A stretch of DNA of 57,963 bases from a virus (taxonomy: Duplodnaviria > Caudoviricetes). The notes under the pieces are model-generated. The model had not been told where the DNA came from. It made no database searches and saw only the letters and a program-made list of their open reading frames with translations. The stretch lies in the IMG/VR virus record IMGVR_UViG_3300031519_000025, positions 1 to 57,963 of that record; one strand, given 5' to 3'. The position numbers and the translations under genes were made by a program. This document shows positions 53,793 through 57,963 of this stretch, in pieces (position 1 is the stretch's first letter; each line of letters starts with the position of its first letter).

Positions 53793-54049
53793 AAAACAAA
53801 AACTACATCCCCGGTTTTTATAACATGAAATGTTTCTCTATCTATTTCTATCTTATGTCCCGCGTGTCTGTCGTAGTATACTACATCATTTTTTTTGATG
53901 CCGTCACATTCGCTACCTGTTGATATCACCGTAGCTTCTACGTAACGTATATCCTCTCTATGACTTTCAGCTAAAAGCAAACCACCTTTAGTTTCGGTTA
54001 TACCTTCTTTTAACTTTTTTATTATTATGTTTCTACCTATAGCTTTCAT
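53789..54049 (-). CDS. groES: Co-chaperonin GroES
   Basis: MKAIG..IIIK....ETKGGLLL....A.VIS.G.....KND.V.Y. Confidence 0.85.
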   Translation of the reverse strand: MKAIGRNIIIKKLKEGITETKGGLLLAESHREDIRYVEATVISTGSECDGIKKNDVVYYDRHAGHKIEIDRETFHVIKTGDVVFVL

Positions 54050-54050
54050 A

Positions 54051-55589
54051 TTATCCTCTTACGTTAGACATAACACAGTTAGTTGACAAGATAGTCGAAG
54101 CAACCGAAGCCGCATTTTTTAAAGCTGATTTTGTTACCAGCACAGGATCTATAATTCCCGCCGTAAACATATTAACTACTTTATCAGTTTCTACGTTTAC
54201 TCCGTAATTCTTTTTACCGATGTCCTTATATTTAAGTCCCGCGTTTTTCATTATTATTTTGCAAGGATAGTACAACGCTTTTAGAACTATCTCCTCTTCA
54301 GGATTTTTAGCTTTTATACTTGTAGCCGCATTAATAAGGGCTACGCCACCTCCGGCAACCACACCCTCTTTGATAGCAGCCTTTGTCGCACATATTGCAT
54401 CCTCTACTCTGTCTTTCTTTTCGTTTAGTTCTACCTCAGAGTTACCACCTACTTTTACTATAGCTAGTTTAGCTGCAAGCATTGCTAAGCGTTTTTCAAG
54501 CTTAATAACTTTTCCTGCGTGAGATTCAGTAAGCAACTGCTTTTTAATGTTACTAATGATTGCTTGCACTTCTTCTGACTGTTCTTCGTCTATCTGGAAC
54601 ACTGTGTCTCTGAATGTAGACACTGCTTTTACGCAAGTACCTAAACAGGACAAATCCATTAAGTCTAAATCATCCCCTAGGTTTTCACTTATAACCGTTG
54701 CTCCGGTTAGTAGAGCTAAGTCATCAAATATTTCTTTTCTGTTTACACCGTGCGTAGGCGCCGGAACTATATTTACTTTTATAGACCCTTTGTTTTTATT
54801 CATTGCTAAGGCAGCTGCTACTTTAGAATCAACATCCCCTACAATTAGCAAAGACAAATTGTTCTTAATTACATGTTCTAATATAGTTTGTATCTGTCTT
54901 ATAGTATCTACTGCCGAATCAACAAGCAGTATTTTAGGGTTAATTAGCTCCGCTGTATTAGCTGCAGGGTTAGTTACAAAATGGTTATTAGTAAAACCTT
55001 TTTCGTATTGAACACCCTCTACTACCTCTATACTTGTCTCTCCGTCGTTTGATGTTTCCATCATAACAACCCCTGTGAGATCTACTGCGCGGTAAGCATC
55101 CGCAATAAGCTTGCCTAGCTCTTCGTCATTGTTTGTGGATATAGTAGCTACCTCATCAATCATACTGCCATTAACAGGTCTAGCTTGTTTATCTAGATTC
55201 TTCATAGCTTTATCAACCACCTTGCTGATAGCCTCGCGCTTCTCTCTACTAGTAAACTTATCTTTTGACTTGTCAAACTCTTTTAAAATTGCATGAGCTA
55301 ACACTGTGGAGGTTGTAGTTCCATCTCCTGCTTCCGCAACCGTTCTTCTTGCAGCTTGCTTAACTAGCGAAGCCCCCATGTTTTCCACAGGATCCAATAA
55401 AACGCTTAGTTCCGCCACTGTAACCCCATCTTTTGTTATTAAAGGTATACCATGTGCGTCTTCAAAAATAACGCATTCTCCTCCCCCTCCTAGTGTAGAA
55501 GCAACCGCTTCTGTTAGGATCTCGATGCCCTTAAATACTTTTTTCCTACCTTCGTCCCCGAAGCTAAACTCTTTTACTATTTGATTCAT
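54051..55589 (-). CDS. groEL: Chaperonin GroEL
   Basis: ITKDGVTVA, AGDGTTTSTVLA, EKKDRVEDA..AT.AA..EG.V.GGGVAL, GIIDP..VTK.AL.NA.S.A. Confidence 0.93.
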   Translation of the reverse strand: MNQIVKEFSFGDEGRKKVFKGIEILTEAVASTLGGGGECVIFEDAHGIPLITKDGVTVAELSVLLDPVENMGASLVKQAARRTVAEAGDGTTTSTVLAHAILKEFDKSKDKFTSREKREAISKVVDKAMKNLDKQARPVNGSMIDEVATISTNNDEELGKLIADAYRAVDLTGVVMMETSNDGETSIEVVEGVQYEKGFTNNHFVTNPAANTAELINPKILLVDSAVDTIRQIQTILEHVIKNNLSLLIVGDVDSKVAAALAMNKNKGSIKVNIVPAPTHGVNRKEIFDDLALLTGATVISENLGDDLDLMDLSCLGTCVKAVSTFRDTVFQIDEEQSEEVQAIISNIKKQLLTESHAGKVIKLEKRLAMLAAKLAIVKVGGNSEVELNEKKDRVEDAICATKAAIKEGVVAGGGVALINAATSIKAKNPEEEIVLKALYYPCKIIMKNAGLKYKDIGKKNYGVNVETDKVVNMFTAGIIDPVLVTKSALKNAASVASTILSTNCVMSNVRG

Positions 55590-55606
55590 TTAATTAGATT
55601 TTATTA

Positions 55607-55635
55607 TATAATTACCCGTAATTTTAAAAAGCTAC
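55607..55635 (-). promoter_or_regulatory. Class II promoter-like motif (groEL operon)
   Basis: Minus strand GTAG-ctttttaaaattacgg(16)-GTAATTATA, 18 nt from groEL ATG. Confidence 0.75.
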
Positions 55636-55648
55636 AAATAATTTTTAT

Positions 55649-56890
55649 TTACCCTTGTGATATCTTTAATATTCCGGCATCATCCCATACAACCCCTTTT
55701 GAAACTGGATCTGCCGTTGGTAGATTTTGAAAAACAACTCTTCCCCCGGTAACTTTTAAATATGTAGATCTCATATTAGAATAATATTCATCTTCCACAA
55801 GAAGTGCATATTTTCTGAAGGTGTCTCCTGTATTGCCTGTAAAAGTATATGTCACACCATCACTATATTGATTCCCTCCATTAACTATTTTAGCGTATGC
55901 TGTATCTTTTCCAGCAAAAACTATTTTAGGGATTGGTCCTGCCATATTAGAAGATGTATCTGTAGTGTCTACAAACCAAACGCATACTGTGCTTGGTAAA
56001 TTTGGCGGACCAGTATACGGAGAATCTCTATCCACTAGCTGTATAAGAGATGTTCCATTACCCGGGTTTGCCTCTGCGTTATTTACTCTAACGGCTAAGT
56101 CAATTTGATGTGATGCAAGCATCCAATTATCGTAACTCATAGTTAGCTGTGGGTCATTTAATGTTGAATACCCTAGTCTAGTAAAAATGTCTTTTACACT
56201 TTCTTCATACATCACCTTTACATCGTCAGTAAGACTAAGCCCTTGAGAAATATCATACCCAGGATCTAAAGATGGTGTCCATTGCTTACTATATTCAGTC
56301 CAATTTAAGGTACTGGACGCTTGCCTATCGTAAACAACTAGTGAGGTTGTTCTTGTATCATTAAAATTAGGCGATCCTGGTGTTTTATTAGTTACCCTAA
56401 TCCTATATGACTGATTTACCGCCGGAGAAATAGAGGTACTACCTGATTGTTCTCCAACTAACGCTAATGTACCACTTGCCGAGGGCCATTGCAAATCAAT
56501 GTTGCTGGATACTGCCGTGTTAGGGGTTATTGAAGTTTCGTTACCCGAAGCGTTATTAAAAATTAATTGATTAGGTAGCACATCAGTGTATGATCCGTCG
56601 TCTATAAATGTAGTTTTAAATCTCTTCCCACTTAGAAGACTGGTAAAAGAAGTGGAGGTCGCAGTTATTTGGCCAGTACCCCACGTCCATAAAACGTCCG
56701 ATGGACTTGCTTGGTATGTATTTCCTGTAGATACCACTCTTTGTAATGTAGCCCCATCATTTACAAATGTTTGTAAATTTACTGCGGTTATATTTTTTAA
56801 CGGCTTATTTACATCCGATATATCGGTAACAGGGAACAAATCCCCCGAAGCTACCGTAGAAATAGTTGGATAACTTATTAATCTAGCCAT
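55649..56890 (-). CDS. Putative tail fibre/spike-type structural protein
   Basis: N-term MAR..SYP......GD....TD...KNIT; beta-rich; C-term LPT.DP...G.VW.D.G.LKIS.G. Confidence 0.55.
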   Translation of the reverse strand: MARLISYPTISTVASGDLFPVTDISDVNKPLKNITAVNLQTFVNDGATLQRVVSTGNTYQASPSDVLWTWGTGQITATSTSFTSLLSGKRFKTTFIDDGSYTDVLPNQLIFNNASGNETSITPNTAVSSNIDLQWPSASGTLALVGEQSGSTSISPAVNQSYRIRVTNKTPGSPNFNDTRTTSLVVYDRQASSTLNWTEYSKQWTPSLDPGYDISQGLSLTDDVKVMYEESVKDIFTRLGYSTLNDPQLTMSYDNWMLASHQIDLAVRVNNAEANPGNGTSLIQLVDRDSPYTGPPNLPSTVCVWFVDTTDTSSNMAGPIPKIVFAGKDTAYAKIVNGGNQYSDGVTYTFTGNTGDTFRKYALLVEDEYYSNMRSTYLKVTGGRVVFQNLPTADPVSKGVVWDDAGILKISQG

Positions 56891-56895
56891 AATTT

Positions 56896-57180
56896 TTATT
56901 TTTTCTTTTTATATTTGCGTTTTGGTACCTTGTATTTCTTTCTACCCTCTTTTTTAGTACCTTTACCATCATTCGCGCGGTTTCTAGCAATACTTTCCCA
57001 TCTTCCGTCCTTGTGATCCCAGTCTTTACCTTTAACATTGACACCTCTCTTCTTTGCCTTGCGCCTTTCTCTCTGAGCATGGGCTTTTTTAGCTCTTCTT
57101 GCCGGCGTCTTAGCAAAAGCTAGGTCCCGGGCAGCTTTACGCTTCTTCGCCGCAGGCGATAATTTTTGTTTTGAGGCCAT
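56896..57180 (-). CDS. Basic protein with minimal HNH-like motif
   Basis: GKDWDHKDG...S...NRA; first late-strand gene behind class II promoter. Confidence 0.55.
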   Translation of the reverse strand: MASKQKLSPAAKKRKAARDLAFAKTPARRAKKAHAQRERRKAKKRGVNVKGKDWDHKDGRWESIARNRANDGKGTKKEGRKKYKVPKRKYKKKK

Positions 57181-57207
57181 TTTAATAAAATTTAGTACTA
57201 TGACTAA

Positions 57208-57236
57208 TATAATTACCCAGTTTTACAAAAAGCTAC
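57208..57236 (-). promoter_or_regulatory. Class II promoter-like motif (first late gene)
   Basis: Minus strand GTAG-ctttttgtaaaactgg(16)-GTAATTATA. Confidence 0.75.
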
Positions 57237-57487
57237 GCCCGAAAAAAAACTTTGTTGCATAATTATAGGTATAGGGCTATATAGTAAAAACAAAAATCAA
57301 ATTTAAAAAGAAAACGAAATTCAAAAACCCCACTCCCCTTTTAATTTTATGGATTACAAAATAAAGTTTACCTTAATCGTTGGGTTTACAGCCATAGTTT
57401 AGGCATCTAGGCCTATACTTATTCGATGAGAAGAGGTATACATTCACAACCGCGGCAGCGCGAGCGCAGCGAGTGTATAGCATAGGA

Positions 57488-57510
57488 AAAACGACGTGTA
57501 TTAGATAATA
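57488..57510 (+). promoter_or_regulatory. Class I promoter-like motif, copy 9
   Basis: AAAACGA-cgtgtat-TAGATAATA upstream of ATG 57555. Confidence 0.8.
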
Positions 57511-57554
57511 TAAGTGAATAAAGAAATTAATAATAACTTAAAAATAAATATCAA

Positions 57555-57719
57555 ATGGAAAATCCAAATCAAATCCTTCAACACATTATTACACCATCAC
57601 CTGAACACAAGATCTATGATGTACTAACTCAAGACATCTCAACAACACCACCAACATTCATATCCCACTATCATATAGACTTCAAGGATTACAATGATCT
57701 ACTTGACCTGATTAGTTAA
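57555..57719 (+). CDS. Small early hypothetical protein (54 aa)
   Basis: MENPNQILQHIITPSPEHKIYDVLTQ...LLDLIS*. Confidence 0.55.
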   Translation: MENPNQILQHIITPSPEHKIYDVLTQDISTTPPTFISHYHIDFKDYNDLLDLIS

Positions 57720-57756
57720 CCTCAACATGTCCTTAATACCAAACTACTACATAACT

Positions 57757-57779
57757 AAAACGACTACTAATAGATAATA
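57757..57779 (+). promoter_or_regulatory. Class I promoter-like motif, copy 10
   Basis: AAAACGA-ctactaa-TAGATAATA upstream of ATG 57817. Confidence 0.8.
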
Positions 57780-57816
57780 TAACTGTAACAAATAATAATA
57801 ACTTAATACTTTAACT

Positions 57817-57963
57817 ATGACTAAGATCCAATTCAATACCAACTACAAAACAATCAATCAAATTACTAACAGTAATAAACTAAACAGACCGGTCCATATA
57901 ATGTCAGACGGACTATATGTAGACAACAGTGACCTGGAAACTGTAGGAAAGATCCTTGACCGA
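57817..57963 (+). CDS. Early hypothetical protein, truncated by window end
   Basis: MTKIQFNTNYKTINQ...GKILDR open to the end. Confidence 0.55.
   Translation, partial: MTKIQFNTNYKTINQITNSNKLNRPVHIMSDGLYVDNSDLETVGKILDR

Noticed and set aside
20302-55584. Numerous + strand ORFs across the late arm (e.g. 20302, 22651, 29074, 50227, 50983, 54547)
   Set aside because: Antisense shadows of long - strand genes; Ser/Leu/Phe-rich composition typical of reverse frames
56883-57116. 77-aa alternative-frame ORF
   Set aside because: It overlaps 56896-57180, which has the better start context behind the promoter and a recognisable motif
1-57963. Stop-codon reassignment, introns/inteins, integrase, DGR or retron
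   Set aside because: Genes are intact and densely packed in the standard code with TAA, TAG and TGA all used as stops; core enzymes have normal lengths; no recombinase or reverse transcriptase motifs seen

Overview
Near-complete genome of a lytic, podovirus-like tailed phage, most likely infecting a (marine) Bacteroidota/Flavobacteriaceae host. Host inference rests on SD-less A-rich starts, a Q-rule signal peptide and the head-tail gene set. The + strand (57480-end, continuing at 1-17435) carries many tiny early genes, a sigma factor, Erf/exonuclease/SSB, primase-helicase, ThyA, MazG, an endonuclease and class Ia RNR. The - strand (57180 to 17526) carries GroEL/GroES, lysis genes, basic peptides, terminase, portal, scaffold, capsid, tail and ejection proteins, including a 3016-aa giant. 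The two arms converge at a bidirectional terminator (17452-17485). No DNA polymerase, integrase, bona fide tRNA or CRISPR array is visible. Most notable features: (i) two non-host promoter classes, 10x AAAACGA-N7-TAGATAAT (early) and 5-7x GTAGYTT..GTAATTATA (middle/late); (ii) by-eye sigma-region-2-like and HAD-phosphatase domains inside the giant virion protein, suggesting an injected sigma-type early transcription system; (iii) an over-represented polar decamer TGCTATACRC that flips orientation around an iteron-bearing candidate origin; (iv) two structured ncRNA candidates. All protein assignments are by-eye motif recognition, not database searches.
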